From: a virus
Lineage: Duplodnaviria > Caudoviricetes
Direction: 5' to 3' (one strand)
Length of the DNA: 39,500 nucleotides
IMG/VR virus record: IMGVR_UViG_3300042526_000394
Coordinates: 1 to 39,500 of that record
In this document: positions 6,927-17,143 of the stretch, piece after piece
How positions within the stretch are numbered: the stretch's first letter is position 1
Layout: every line of letters begins with the position of its first letter
The notes under the pieces: model-generated
Databases searched by the model: none
The model's input: only the letters and a program-made list of their open reading frames with translations
Told to the model about the DNA's origin: nothing
Position numbers and translations under genes: made by a program

Positions 6927-8432
6927 ATGCCACTAAGAGAAAACGGTTTAGGCGTTCCCGGTCAAGCTGCGTCAAATGCACAACACTTACAAAATGTAAG
7001 ACAACAAGGCGCTAACTACAGAGGCCAGCAAATATACAACGATCCTACCACACACGCTGGTAGAGAAGCTCAAGCTGCGTGGTTAAAAAATAACCCTATA
7101 CCTCAACAAAGCATAGACACAGTTTACGGAGGCGTAAACTACGGTAATAAGCTACAAAAAGATACTGAGATAGCTGTTGATCAAGAGCAGATTGCACGAG
7201 GTGGGCCCGGTACTGGCAATGCAATGATTCGCGCAGGTATGCTTGATGCTAATGGGTATAAACTTGGCACTCCAGGTGTTAATACCAGAGACACAAGGTC
7301 TGAATCTGCTCAACATGCACAGCACAATCAAGTTATGGCAGATATTAAACGAGAGGGTGCTGAAGCAAGAGCTAGGGGGGAACAGTTCCAGCCTAAAGGT
7401 GTTAATACAGTTAATCCATCCAATAGAGTAGATATCTCAGGTGAAAGACGGAAATTAGAAATTAAAAACGGCGAACCTAAATTTTCTAGAGATGAGGGCG
7501 GCGTAAACTACGCTGGGCCAAAAAAACTACCTGCACCTGTTGCAGCACCTACACCCCCACCTGTTGCACAAGCTACACCTGCACCAACTGAGTATCAATG
7601 GAAGTCTGAAAGAGCTAAAAAACTGTACGACGATTCGGTTAACAAACCAAATTCAGGATATAACGGAAATGTTGATATGGGTGGTGGCTCATTAGGTGGT
7701 GCCGCAGCACAGAGGCCTAAAATATCTAGCCTACCCGGTGGACAACAAACTACTGCGGAACTCCAAGCATCCGGTCAGATGGCCCCTAGACCCGCTGGTA
7801 GATATGGAATGACGGATGAGCAGTGGTTTAACACACCAGAAGGTCAAAAACAAGCACAGGCGATGAAGGTTACTAGGGATAGAGTCTTAGGCCCTCCTGA
7901 CTCAGAAGGCAGCTTAGATGTTGAAGAACAATACCCACCAGCAGGTATACCAGGACCAGACAACCCATTAGGTTTACCTGCACCTGATGTTAACTTTACA
8001 CCTAAAGCCCCACCAGCAGGCCCTAAACCCATATGGAATGACCCAGGGGAACCGCAAAAATTAAATGATGGATACCCTTTAATGCGTGGAGGGGAAGACA
8101 TTTTAGGTGTTAAACCCCAAGATGCAAAAATGCCAGCCCCGCCCACCCTTAAACCAAATCCAAGTTTTGCACCTAAACCACAACGCATGCCAATTAGGCC
8201 AATTGCCCCCCCATCTTCAGGCCTTAGAGGTTCAACGACTTCTCCAAAATTTACACCAAGTATAGAGGGTGTAAACAAGATGCCTAAAATCAAGAAGTCT
8301 AGCCCTATAACAGACACGATTAAAGCCTCAAATACGCCTATTCCTGAGGCAAATCCGCCTAAACCGATCCAACAGCCAACTCAACAAAGAAAACCCTTAT
8401 TTCCACGCCTAGGCGGACGATTACGCAAATAA
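6927..8432 (+). CDS. Pro/Gly/Gln-rich, probably disordered head-associated protein
   Basis: 501-aa ORF with AAGGA RBS, in the operon between portal and protease. Confidence 0.75.
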   Translation: MPLRENGLGVPGQAASNAQHLQNVRQQGANYRGQQIYNDPTTHAGREAQAAWLKNNPIPQQSIDTVYGGVNYGNKLQKDTEIAVDQEQIARGGPGTGNAMIRAGMLDANGYKLGTPGVNTRDTRSESAQHAQHNQVMADIKREGAEARARGEQFQPKGVNTVNPSNRVDISGERRKLEIKNGEPKFSRDEGGVNYAGPKKLPAPVAAPTPPPVAQATPAPTEYQWKSERAKKLYDDSVNKPNSGYNGNVDMGGGSLGGAAAQRPKISSLPGGQQTTAELQASGQMAPRPAGRYGMTDEQWFNTPEGQKQAQAMKVTRDRVLGPPDSEGSLDVEEQYPPAGIPGPDNPLGLPAPDVNFTPKAPPAGPKPIWNDPGEPQKLNDGYPLMRGGEDILGVKPQDAKMPAPPTLKPNPSFAPKPQRMPIRPIAPPSSGLRGSTTSPKFTPSIEGVNKMPKIKKSSPITDTIKASNTPIPEANPPKPIQQPTQQRKPLFPRLGGRLRK

Positions 8433-8444
8433 AAAGGTGATGTA

Positions 8445-11400
8445 ATGAGTGCACAATTTGGCAAATTTATAGACGGCGTTATAGCTTTTAAAAAGTTAGC
8501 GTATTCCCACAAATTAAAATTTAAAAAATTAGAAACAAATACTCCAACTAAAGGTATTACTCCTCCAGAAAACGCTAATCATGCAGATTTTGCGAATTCA
8601 CAATTAGATAGTTCAGATTCAGTTAATAACGACAGAAAAAAAACTGATTTTCTTCCTTATGGAAAAGCTGCGCCACCTGACAATGATCAAAATATTACAG
8701 ACTTTTTAAAAACTAAAGGTCACGATAACGGAGAATACGCAAAACTTAGAAGCTCTAGAATTGGGCAAAAAGACCATCTTTTATCAATTTTAAATAACAC
8801 CCATTACTTTTTTGGTTCCAGAGTAGATAAAGAAAAACAAGCTAAAGTTAACCTTAAAACTACAGGACTGTCTGAAGATCATGCTAATGAAATCAACAGC
8901 ATAGATCACGGACTTAATGAAACTCAACTTCATGCATTGTTGTATTTAGATAGTCACGACATATTAAAGGACGCGCCACCTGTAGTTTCTGATAGGTATC
9001 AACAATCAAGATACTTTGATTTAATGAGACAAGAAATAGCAAACAAACAAGCAGGCTCAGAAAAGCCATTGCTAGATAAAGATGGTAAACCACTTTTAGA
9101 CAAAAATGGTAAACCCAGACTAAGCCCAAAATGGGAAGTTACTAAATCCTCACTAAGTGGTATTCACGAAAGAGTAAGAAAATCAATACTTCCAGAAATG
9201 TCAGGTGGAGATAGGTTTGGGTCTGACACTAAATCTGAAAGTGGTAAACTAACCGTAGCCCAAACTGTGGATATGTTTCCTTCGGTAGTAAGGGGAATGA
9301 TAAAGGGAGCGGCATCTTTTGTTGGGTTAGCTAAAAACACTAAACCTGATGACACAATGATGCCCCTACAGCCTGCGGGTAAAAACGGAGAATTTACCAA
9401 CGAACAATTACATATGCTGGATCAAGATTTTAGTAATAAAGGTGGATACAGCCCTACAGACAATGCAAATTTTACACGCATGTGGCACGCTGTTATGCAC
9501 CAAGAAGTATGGGATTTAATTGACGGCACTACAATAGGTAAAGATCACTCATCTTCTGAAAAAATGGCACTTTACCATGAATTTGGCGGTCGTGGTGTAA
9601 TCGAACGACTTGCGGAAGCTAAGTTAGTAGAAGCCAGGAAGAAAGGACCAGCCGGAGATAAAGAACAAGCTGTAATTGAAGATGAGCGTATGCGTGCACT
9701 AGTTGCGTTAGGTTTAACTTTTGCAACAGATCATGTAGCACAAGCGTTATTTTCAGAAGGCCAAGGTAAAACCTCAGGAAATAACAATAAAGGATTTTTA
9801 ATTTTACCTAATGGCGAATGGAAAGAATACAAAGACGCAGGTGAAAAAAATAAACTAATAAAAGAACATAACGCCACACAAGACTCTGGTGCATTGTGGT
9901 ATGACGATGATATGGCTCAGACGGATTCTAATATCATAAGAATGTTAAATTTTGTAAACAAAGATAACAATGAGTGGAAAAAAATAAAAGAACTTAATGA
10001 CACAGTTCCCCCAACAGATGTTTCTGGAAATGAACAAAATATATATTTAACATGCTTTAAAGCTTTAATGGCACCTACAAGTTTTGGAATGCAACCTGGG
10101 GCTAATTTAGGGGTTGCCACTAAAATGTATCTTCAGGCACTTAAAGAAAAAAAAGCTGATAAGAATGGCCAAAACCGTAGCGTATTTTCATACATAAATA
10201 CTAAACAAGATGAATCTAGCGACCCAGACGGGGTTTTGCATTTACAGCACGAAAATAGACTTTACGGAAGAGCTAAAGCTGTATCAAACTCTATGGAAAT
10301 ACTAGATCCAGAACTTTATAAAAATATAAATTTCCTGTATGCAAGTGAAGATAAAGAAAACATAAGAAAAGCTATACATCTTCAAAAAGAATGGCTTCGG
10401 CTTGAATATAGAGACATACTTATACAAAAAGACGAAGATGCAAAGTTAAGACCACCAAAAAAAAATAACAAAGATGACGATGAATCAGAAGAAAAAGCCG
10501 AATTAAAATCTGTCAATATTAAAGCAAACAATATTTTTACAAACACTATAGAAAAAATAAGGCTTGCGGCATTAGATCCTAATTTTGTTATTCCTTCTGG
10601 TAAGGAATCACAAGAAGATGACTTAGATATGACAGTAAAAGGTGCTTTAAAAAAACCTAGTCTTTCCGCGCTTACACGCAACCACAAGCGTGGGGATGAT
10701 CAAACAATGATAAATACTTGGGCAGACAAAGCTGCTACAGGTTCAGAAACAAACACTTGGTCAGACAAGCAAAAAGAACAACTAAAAAAAGATTTAAAAA
10801 ATATGCAGTTCTCCTCTGACGATCTTCAAAAAGATTGGACAACTCGAGGCGGGTCTATAAATCCTATGTTAAGATTTATAAAAAATTACTCACTTGCGTT
10901 TGGTAAAGATGGTGATCACCAACTGTCATCATTTTTACAAGGATCCCATAGCGCAGCATTTATGGCACAAGAATGGGCTAAGTATTCTTTAGCAACAGAT
11001 GAAAATGGTAAAAATTCTTTTCAAGTTGATATGGAAGAAGCTAGAAGTATTAAAAACCCGTTTAATCGGGCTAAGGCAATTGAAGATGTAAAAGATGATT
11101 ATGTTAGATTTATAAAAAAAACAGAAGCTAAATTTATAAAAGCTGCTCCAGCAGGTTTAAGAGATCAAATAAAAGAAGGCAAACTAGGTGTATCGGGTTC
11201 ATATATATTTGGACCTAAAGGTGGAAACTTTCATCAAGATTTGTCATACAACGGTGGTTACCCAACAAAGGATCTGTGGTTCACACGATGGATGCTTTGG
11301 GGTCTAGGTACTATGACAAATAAAAGTGGTAAACTTATAGATACTCCCCCAACTCAATTAGCTGGTGTTTTTGACTTAATAAATAACTTTACAGCTAATG

Positions 11401-13259
11401 AATTTAAATTAACTAACAAACAAGTACAAGCTGTAGGTTGGTATCATTGGAAAAACTTTTGCACTAGGATGGGTGTAAAAACTGCGGGTATGGAAAACTA
11501 CACATCCGCATCAAAAAAACATTATGACGCTATGGTAACAGGCGCGGGAGAGGATCCCGAACCTATGCCAGAAATACCAAAGGATAAAGCTAATGCATAT
11601 GCAAAGAAAAACCCAAATGGACCTCCCTCTAACAGAGCAGGAGTGCCAAAAAATTTCTCAGCAGCTAATCTCGCAAGGGCTTATGCCGTCCTTGGAAAAA
11701 GTAATAGCGACCTTACGAGGAAGCCGTTCACGATGGACAACCCATCTAACAGAACACGCCAACAAGCTAAAGGAAAAGGAAAGACAAGACTACCCGGAAG
11801 AGGAAGGGGAGTTGTAAAATTTGCACAGTTTAAACCAGCACCCGGTGGTATGACCGGGGCACCTGTTGCGACTAGAACTAATCAACCATTCTCAAACGCT
11901 GTAGCTAAATCTCCAGGTGGAAAGAACCTAGCACAAGGTGCACTTGGTAACCAAATTAATGCTAAGGGTGGTGTAAATACCACAGCACAAAACGCAGTGG
12001 GTGATTGGCCTAATGGTTCTGAAGAATCAATCATACACACAGCACCACAAGGCACAGACCCATTTAAATTAAAATACCTAGGTGCTTGGCATGGTATCTC
12101 AGGACAGAAGAAATCTGTACTTGTGTTCCACCCAAATCCAAAAGGTCCAGACAGCTTGTACCACATGGTTCACCCTTCAACAGACATGGGCGAAGTAAGA
12201 GAACAACTAATTGCAGCAGGTATAAACTACAAAACTCTTCTACCGGGAAAGACAAACACTAGAGTAGTGGTGTACGATCCAAATAGAGGAATGAGGAACA
12301 CCGTAGACCAATTTGCTACATTAAATAACTTAAATGTAGAAGAAAACATTGGACAAGGCGAAATTGTAGGTCATAATGGTGATTGGAACAGTGCAGGTGC
12401 TCTACCTAAGTCACGACAAGCTTACCAAAATATTATAGGTGAATATGAGCAGAATAGTAACCAAGCCGGGCCTACCAACAATCCTAGTGGGGCATCCACC
12501 AATGGCACAAGCCCCAGCGCAGGGAAAGCCCAGCAACTCTCCCGCAAAACCACAACCAAGGCCAAAATAAAATTTGACCGTAGTCGAAGAATCTTAGAAG
12601 GATTTCTACGACAGCACAACACACCCAACAGAGAGTTACCACCTGTTGGGGATTTACTAAGCCAAGACCTACAGAACATCAAGCCAGAGCATCTATCAAA
12701 ATATCAACAGTTGATTCCAGATGCGAAGTGGTCAGACATAGAAGGCGCTGTAACTTCACTGCAACAAGATCCTAGCCTCTATGACGATATGACTAGTGAA
12801 TCTAACCGCAAAGAGATGTACTGCAAAGAACATGCGCGAACAGTATTACAAAGCAGTGGTTTAAAAAAGTTAATAGATAGCCTGCAAGTGCAAAAAATGA
12901 TACCTGAACACGCACAGCACTTGATAGAAGACGCTAAAGATGGCGATTACTTTTCATTAGAAGCCATCAGTTCAGAGCTAAAACATGGTGTACCTTCACT
13001 GCGGGCTTTTGCGAAAGCCGCAGAGAAGGAGTACAACAAAGCAGGAAAGGTGTGGGATAAAATGCGAACACAGCCACAGCCACAAAAGTTTGCTAAATCT
13101 GAACACGCTAAAGATCAGTACCGTGCAGGTAAACACGGTGTAACCTTCCGTGGAAGAAACTACAACGGTGGACAATTTGCACCAAAAGACGATGGTGTAA
13201 AACGATTTGAAAAAGACTCCAACCTAACACACATGATTAGAAAACTGCGAGGAGCTTAA
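8445..13259 (+). CDS. Large multidomain (polyvalent-type) head protein with a putative HhH-glycosylase-like domain
   Basis: 1604 aa in the MuF/minor-head position; motif series WY...PTSFG..N...FGPKGGNF...TKDLWFTR...QAVGW; second domain AVGDW..GSEES...GQKKSVLVF; C-terminal GVTFRGRNYNGGQFAPK. Confidence 0.7.
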   Translation: MSAQFGKFIDGVIAFKKLAYSHKLKFKKLETNTPTKGITPPENANHADFANSQLDSSDSVNNDRKKTDFLPYGKAAPPDNDQNITDFLKTKGHDNGEYAKLRSSRIGQKDHLLSILNNTHYFFGSRVDKEKQAKVNLKTTGLSEDHANEINSIDHGLNETQLHALLYLDSHDILKDAPPVVSDRYQQSRYFDLMRQEIANKQAGSEKPLLDKDGKPLLDKNGKPRLSPKWEVTKSSLSGIHERVRKSILPEMSGGDRFGSDTKSESGKLTVAQTVDMFPSVVRGMIKGAASFVGLAKNTKPDDTMMPLQPAGKNGEFTNEQLHMLDQDFSNKGGYSPTDNANFTRMWHAVMHQEVWDLIDGTTIGKDHSSSEKMALYHEFGGRGVIERLAEAKLVEARKKGPAGDKEQAVIEDERMRALVALGLTFATDHVAQALFSEGQGKTSGNNNKGFLILPNGEWKEYKDAGEKNKLIKEHNATQDSGALWYDDDMAQTDSNIIRMLNFVNKDNNEWKKIKELNDTVPPTDVSGNEQNIYLTCFKALMAPTSFGMQPGANLGVATKMYLQALKEKKADKNGQNRSVFSYINTKQDESSDPDGVLHLQHENRLYGRAKAVSNSMEILDPELYKNINFLYASEDKENIRKAIHLQKEWLRLEYRDILIQKDEDAKLRPPKKNNKDDDESEEKAELKSVNIKANNIFTNTIEKIRLAALDPNFVIPSGKESQEDDLDMTVKGALKKPSLSALTRNHKRGDDQTMINTWADKAATGSETNTWSDKQKEQLKKDLKNMQFSSDDLQKDWTTRGGSINPMLRFIKNYSLAFGKDGDHQLSSFLQGSHSAAFMAQEWAKYSLATDENGKNSFQVDMEEARSIKNPFNRAKAIEDVKDDYVRFIKKTEAKFIKAAPAGLRDQIKEGKLGVSGSYIFGPKGGNFHQDLSYNGGYPTKDLWFTRWMLWGLGTMTNKSGKLIDTPPTQLAGVFDLINNFTANEFKLTNKQVQAVGWYHWKNFCTRMGVKTAGMENYTSASKKHYDAMVTGAGEDPEPMPEIPKDKANAYAKKNPNGPPSNRAGVPKNFSAANLARAYAVLGKSNSDLTRKPFTMDNPSNRTRQQAKGKGKTRLPGRGRGVVKFAQFKPAPGGMTGAPVATRTNQPFSNAVAKSPGGKNLAQGALGNQINAKGGVNTTAQNAVGDWPNGSEESIIHTAPQGTDPFKLKYLGAWHGISGQKKSVLVFHPNPKGPDSLYHMVHPSTDMGEVREQLIAAGINYKTLLPGKTNTRVVVYDPNRGMRNTVDQFATLNNLNVEENIGQGEIVGHNGDWNSAGALPKSRQAYQNIIGEYEQNSNQAGPTNNPSGASTNGTSPSAGKAQQLSRKTTTKAKIKFDRSRRILEGFLRQHNTPNRELPPVGDLLSQDLQNIKPEHLSKYQQLIPDAKWSDIEGAVTSLQQDPSLYDDMTSESNRKEMYCKEHARTVLQSSGLKKLIDSLQVQKMIPEHAQHLIEDAKDGDYFSLEAISSELKHGVPSLRAFAKAAEKEYNKAGKVWDKMRTQPQPQKFAKSEHAKDQYRAGKHGVTFRGRNYNGGQFAPKDDGVKRFEKDSNLTHMIRKLRGA

Positions 13260-14398
13260 TGGAAGAAATGATTGTTAAACACCATGTTCCCATTCTGGAC
13301 GAGCATGAGCTTAAGGATGGTAAGGGGAATGTGGTGATCCGGCTCGACCAGAAGAAACTATCAGAGATAGTTAAGGTTAACAATAAGCGCATGGGTACTA
13401 CTGGTGACGAGATACCACTTGTCATAGGGCATACCAAAGATGATGCCCCTGAAGGTGAACAACCTGAGATTGTTGGATACGCTACTAACCTAAAGGTTGA
13501 GCCATTCTTCAAAACAGGAAGAAAGTGTATCACAGCAACTTTTAAGTTCTTCAAACATGCTGCTGATAAAGTTCGTGGTTTCCCAAGGAGATCAATAGAG
13601 CTTTGGCTTAGTGATTACAAGATAGACCCGATTAGTTTGCTCGGCGCAACTACACCAGAACGGGATCTTGGACTTCTCCGCCTGTCTAAAGGTGGAGTTA
13701 AAAAATATCAAAGGACTATAGGAATGAATGATCAACAAGGCATTATTGACGGTGTGTTAGCTGGACTCCAACAAACGGATGTTTGGCAATTTCTTACACA
13801 ACTCTCACAGCAAGGTGGTGAAGCACCACCTGAGGAAGGTGGTATGCCACCTGATGGTATGCCCGGTGAAGAAGCTCCTATGCCTGAAGAAGGCATGGAT
13901 CCTGGCATGGGTGAAGAACCACCTATGGATGATGGTATGGGCGAAGAGCCTATGCCAGAAGAAAGCATGGAAGAAGAACAACCTGTCCAAGCTAGTCGTG
14001 GTAAACGCTACGACAGAATTAAACTATCCAGGGTAGAACAAGAAAACCAACTTCTTCAAAAAGAAATCCAAAACATCAAGATTAAATTCCAGCGTGCAGA
14101 GCGGGAGAAAGATCTTATTGAGTTGGAAGCAGAAGGTTACATGCTAGACCGTGGCGAAGAGCTATCCTTGGTGCAATCTCTTCCTGAGAACACCTACAGG
14201 GCGCACTTGCAAATCATTCGTAAGAGGTATCAAAAAGCACCTATTGGTGCACGAGCCTCCTACTATCAAGAATCTAGATCTGGTGGGGCGCGTGGCCGTA
14301 CCAGAGACGAAGTGAACGAGGCTATCAATTTTGCAACATCTAACGGCATTAGCTACCAAGAGGCACTTGGAAAGATTAATGCTGAAAAAGTACTTTAA
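13259..14398 (+). CDS. Prohead protease / scaffold fusion (Mu gpI-like)
   Basis: PLVIGHT (His) and FPRRSIE (Ser), ISLLGATTP, acidic P/E/M linker, C-terminal coiled coil; directly upstream of the capsid genes. Confidence 0.82.
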   Translation: MEEMIVKHHVPILDEHELKDGKGNVVIRLDQKKLSEIVKVNNKRMGTTGDEIPLVIGHTKDDAPEGEQPEIVGYATNLKVEPFFKTGRKCITATFKFFKHAADKVRGFPRRSIELWLSDYKIDPISLLGATTPERDLGLLRLSKGGVKKYQRTIGMNDQQGIIDGVLAGLQQTDVWQFLTQLSQQGGEAPPEEGGMPPDGMPGEEAPMPEEGMDPGMGEEPPMDDGMGEEPMPEESMEEEQPVQASRGKRYDRIKLSRVEQENQLLQKEIQNIKIKFQRAEREKDLIELEAEGYMLDRGEELSLVQSLPENTYRAHLQIIRKRYQKAPIGARASYYQESRSGGARGRTRDEVNEAINFATSNGISYQEALGKINAEKVL

Positions 14399-14413
14399 CT
14401 AGGAGAATAATTC

Positions 14414-14836
14414 ATGCCTTTGTACAATCCAGCGTTTTTGGCAGGTGGTGATATCTTCCCAGCAAGATTTGTGACAATCTCTGGGGAATTCACTGTTTCA
14501 CAAGTGAGTGCTATTACTCAACCAATCATTGGTGTATCTCAAGAAGGTACACTTGCTCCACCTAATCTTGCTAACCTTTTGGGTGGCACTGAGAGTGGTG
14601 TAGCTGCCAGTGCAGGTAAATCACTAAAGGTGTTTGGCCTAGGTGATGTGTGTATGGTGCTTGCAGGTGGTACTATCACCGCTGGTGCCAAAGTAAAATC
14701 TGGAACAGACGGAAAAGCACTTACCATTGGTACTGCTGCTGGAACACATCAAGTAGGTGGTACTGCACTTAACAGTGTAGTTTCCGGTGAAAAAGTTTTA
14801 ATCCAAGTAAACCCACATGTAGTGGTAATTTCGTAA
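14414..14836 (+). CDS. Capsid decoration/cement protein (DUF2190-like)
   Basis: 140 aa, G/A/V-rich; AGGTITAGAKVKSGTDGKA...VGGTAL; lies between scaffold and capsid; AGGAG RBS. Confidence 0.78.
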   Translation: MPLYNPAFLAGGDIFPARFVTISGEFTVSQVSAITQPIIGVSQEGTLAPPNLANLLGGTESGVAASAGKSLKVFGLGDVCMVLAGGTITAGAKVKSGTDGKALTIGTAAGTHQVGGTALNSVVSGEKVLIQVNPHVVVIS

Positions 14837-14864
14837 TAACCCTGTAATTTAAGGAACAAATATC

Positions 14865-15968
14865 ATGGCAGATTTCGTATCTAGTGCAGCACAATTTCCA
14901 AGTGGAACAAACACATACATCCCTAGCTTTGACGCTACGGGACAACTTGTGGTATCGTTCTCACGCAATCCTAAAGACTTTGCGTTGAACAAGTATATCA
15001 CAATCACCCCTGTAAAAAAGAGTTCAGGATACTACCTGAAGCTTAATGCAGAACAAGCTGGCCGTGTTGCTTATAGCGATCTTAAAGATCATGTATGGCA
15101 CGATGGTAATGACGCTCCACACGGCGAATGGAATAATGAAAAGTTTGAGTGGTTGAACTTCAACACTCAACGCTATGTATTCCCATTCAGGTTAGGCTAT
15201 AAAGCTGTTGATCAAGCTGACTGGAAGATTGTAGCTTCCTATAGCGCGATCAATGCACAACAAGCTATGACCGCACGAGTGGTTAAAGTTTGGGATAAAT
15301 TGCAATCCGCAGTTGGTTCTGGCATTAATGATATTGCATCTGTTAACTGCAATACCGCTGGAAACGACTTTACTGGTGGATCATTCCTTGTGGATGGTGA
15401 CTCCGGTGATATTGCACAAGGCACTTCTAAAGGACCTGTGTTCAAGAAGGCACTCAATGCAGTTGCCCGAAAGATCAACAAGGACACCCTTGGTGCATGT
15501 GGCCCTAAAGAAATGTGCATGATTATCAACCCAACTGTTGCTGATGCACTTTCGAGGTCTAAAGAATTGCACACTTATCTTAAAGAGTCTCCAGTAGCTC
15601 TAGCACAGATTCGTGGTGATTCTGAAAGCATCAACGGCAAGTACGGTTTGCCTGATAAACTTTATGGTTACGACATTATTGTTGAAGATGTCGTAAGGGT
15701 TTCCAACAAGAAGGGTGCTACCAGAGCAACCGACTATGTGTTGGGAGACAATGAAGCGTGGATCCTTGCACGCCCAGGTGATTTAGTTGGATTTGAAGGT
15801 TCGCCTTCATTTTCTACTGTACACCTCTTCGCATATGAAGAGATGACTGTAGAACAAAAAGATGATCCAGATAATCGCCGCATCAATGCGCGTATTGTAG
15901 AAGATTACGGCGTTGAAATTGTTGCACCTATCACTGCGTTCCGATTTAACAAAGTCGTGACAGCGTAA
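14865..15968 (+). CDS. Major capsid protein
   Basis: 367 aa, canonical position after scaffold and decoration genes; MIINP and GLPDKLYGYDIIVED resemble HK97-fold A-domain segments. Confidence 0.82.
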   Translation: MADFVSSAAQFPSGTNTYIPSFDATGQLVVSFSRNPKDFALNKYITITPVKKSSGYYLKLNAEQAGRVAYSDLKDHVWHDGNDAPHGEWNNEKFEWLNFNTQRYVFPFRLGYKAVDQADWKIVASYSAINAQQAMTARVVKVWDKLQSAVGSGINDIASVNCNTAGNDFTGGSFLVDGDSGDIAQGTSKGPVFKKALNAVARKINKDTLGACGPKEMCMIINPTVADALSRSKELHTYLKESPVALAQIRGDSESINGKYGLPDKLYGYDIIVEDVVRVSNKKGATRATDYVLGDNEAWILARPGDLVGFEGSPSFSTVHLFAYEEMTVEQKDDPDNRRINARIVEDYGVEIVAPITAFRFNKVVTA

Positions 15969-16492
15969 TGGCACATGCAACAGTATCTGATCTTCTGATG
16001 CGTTACGACCTCCGTAGAATTGGTGATCTTGTGCTAGACACAGATCAACGAGCTACTGCGGAGGAACTAGCCGGAAACAGCACAGCAGGGGTGGTCGTAC
16101 AGACCGCCCTTTCTGATGCATCAGGTATGATCAATAGTGCAATTCTTGCAGGTGGAAGGTACAAACTTGAAGACCTGCTATCTATGACTGTAGATTCTAA
16201 AGCCTACCTTAAAAGACTATGTTGCGACCTAGCATATGGATTATTGATTTCTAGGCGTGGGTATGGCGGCGCTGACTTAGATGCAATGACATCAAGGTCT
16301 AAAGAAACAGAAGCTATATTAGAACTATTGCGTACAGGCGAACGCATGTTTGAAATAGAAAAAAACGAACAAGCCTCAACACCACAACAAGCACAAATAA
16401 GTAAAAACATTGCTTTGTTTTCTCAAGAACTAGACAGGTACTTTGGTATCAGGCAATCATCATCAAACGAATATTTCAACCCAAGGAGTTAA
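15968..16492 (+). CDS. Head-tail adaptor (Mu gp36 / DUF1320-like)
   Basis: HATVSDLLMRYD...ALSDASGMINS...GRY...LKRLCCDLAY...LELLRTGE. Confidence 0.8.
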   Translation: MAHATVSDLLMRYDLRRIGDLVLDTDQRATAEELAGNSTAGVVVQTALSDASGMINSAILAGGRYKLEDLLSMTVDSKAYLKRLCCDLAYGLLISRRGYGGADLDAMTSRSKETEAILELLRTGERMFEIEKNEQASTPQQAQISKNIALFSQELDRYFGIRQSSSNEYFNPRS

Positions 16493-16493
16493 A

Positions 16494-17141
16494 ATGGCAC
16501 AAATTATTACTACAGGGCCAGCACATATTTTTGTTGGAAGATCGGCACTTGATGTTGACCTTGAATCTTTAGAGTACTTAGGAACATGTCAGAAAAGCCC
16601 CGGCATTACTATTCAAACTCTAAAAGAAGATGTAATGAATGATATCGGTGGTGAAACACCGATATCATTTACTAACCAAGGTCAGATCGGACAAATTAAA
16701 CTAACATTAAACAGATACGATGAATCTGTATTTGCAAAAATCGCAACAGGTTTATTTAGCGATGGTTTAAACCGTGGTGAAATATCACGAGCACAGATGG
16801 GTGCACTTGCACAAGGTATGGGGTTTGACTTTGATTTGCTGTTTTACTTCCCATTCCACCAAGGTTTTCTTTCAGGCAGTACATCATCTACTCACACAAC
16901 TTCACATCCTGAAGGTATTCATTTTACCTCTGTAGTACCTACTAAAGAGAAGTTATCAGAGATGGGCACTCGCGCGCGCACAGTGTCTTTAGAGCTTAGG
17001 TGTATACCAAAGATGTACTTTAGTAACACTAATGCTGACAGTAACGGAGCTTCAGGGCCTGTATCTCCTAACATCCGTGAATTTGTGTTGTACAACCACA
17101 TTAAGACCGTTTCTGCAACCCTTAAAGCAAAGGTGAACTAA
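16494..17141 (+). CDS. Putative tail tube protein, paralogue 1
   Basis: Start at ATG 16494 after an AAGGAG RBS; TGPAHIFVG...YLGTC..SP; size and position fit a tail tube. Confidence 0.6.
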   Translation: MAQIITTGPAHIFVGRSALDVDLESLEYLGTCQKSPGITIQTLKEDVMNDIGGETPISFTNQGQIGQIKLTLNRYDESVFAKIATGLFSDGLNRGEISRAQMGALAQGMGFDFDLLFYFPFHQGFLSGSTSSTHTTSHPEGIHFTSVVPTKEKLSEMGTRARTVSLELRCIPKMYFSNTNADSNGASGPVSPNIREFVLYNHIKTVSATLKAKVN

Positions 17142-17143
17142 AT

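Noticed and set aside
8445-13259. Virion RNA polymerase or tape measure identity for the 1604-aa protein
   Set aside because: No DxDGD or T7-type polymerase motifs recognised; it lies in the head module and lacks tape-measure composition
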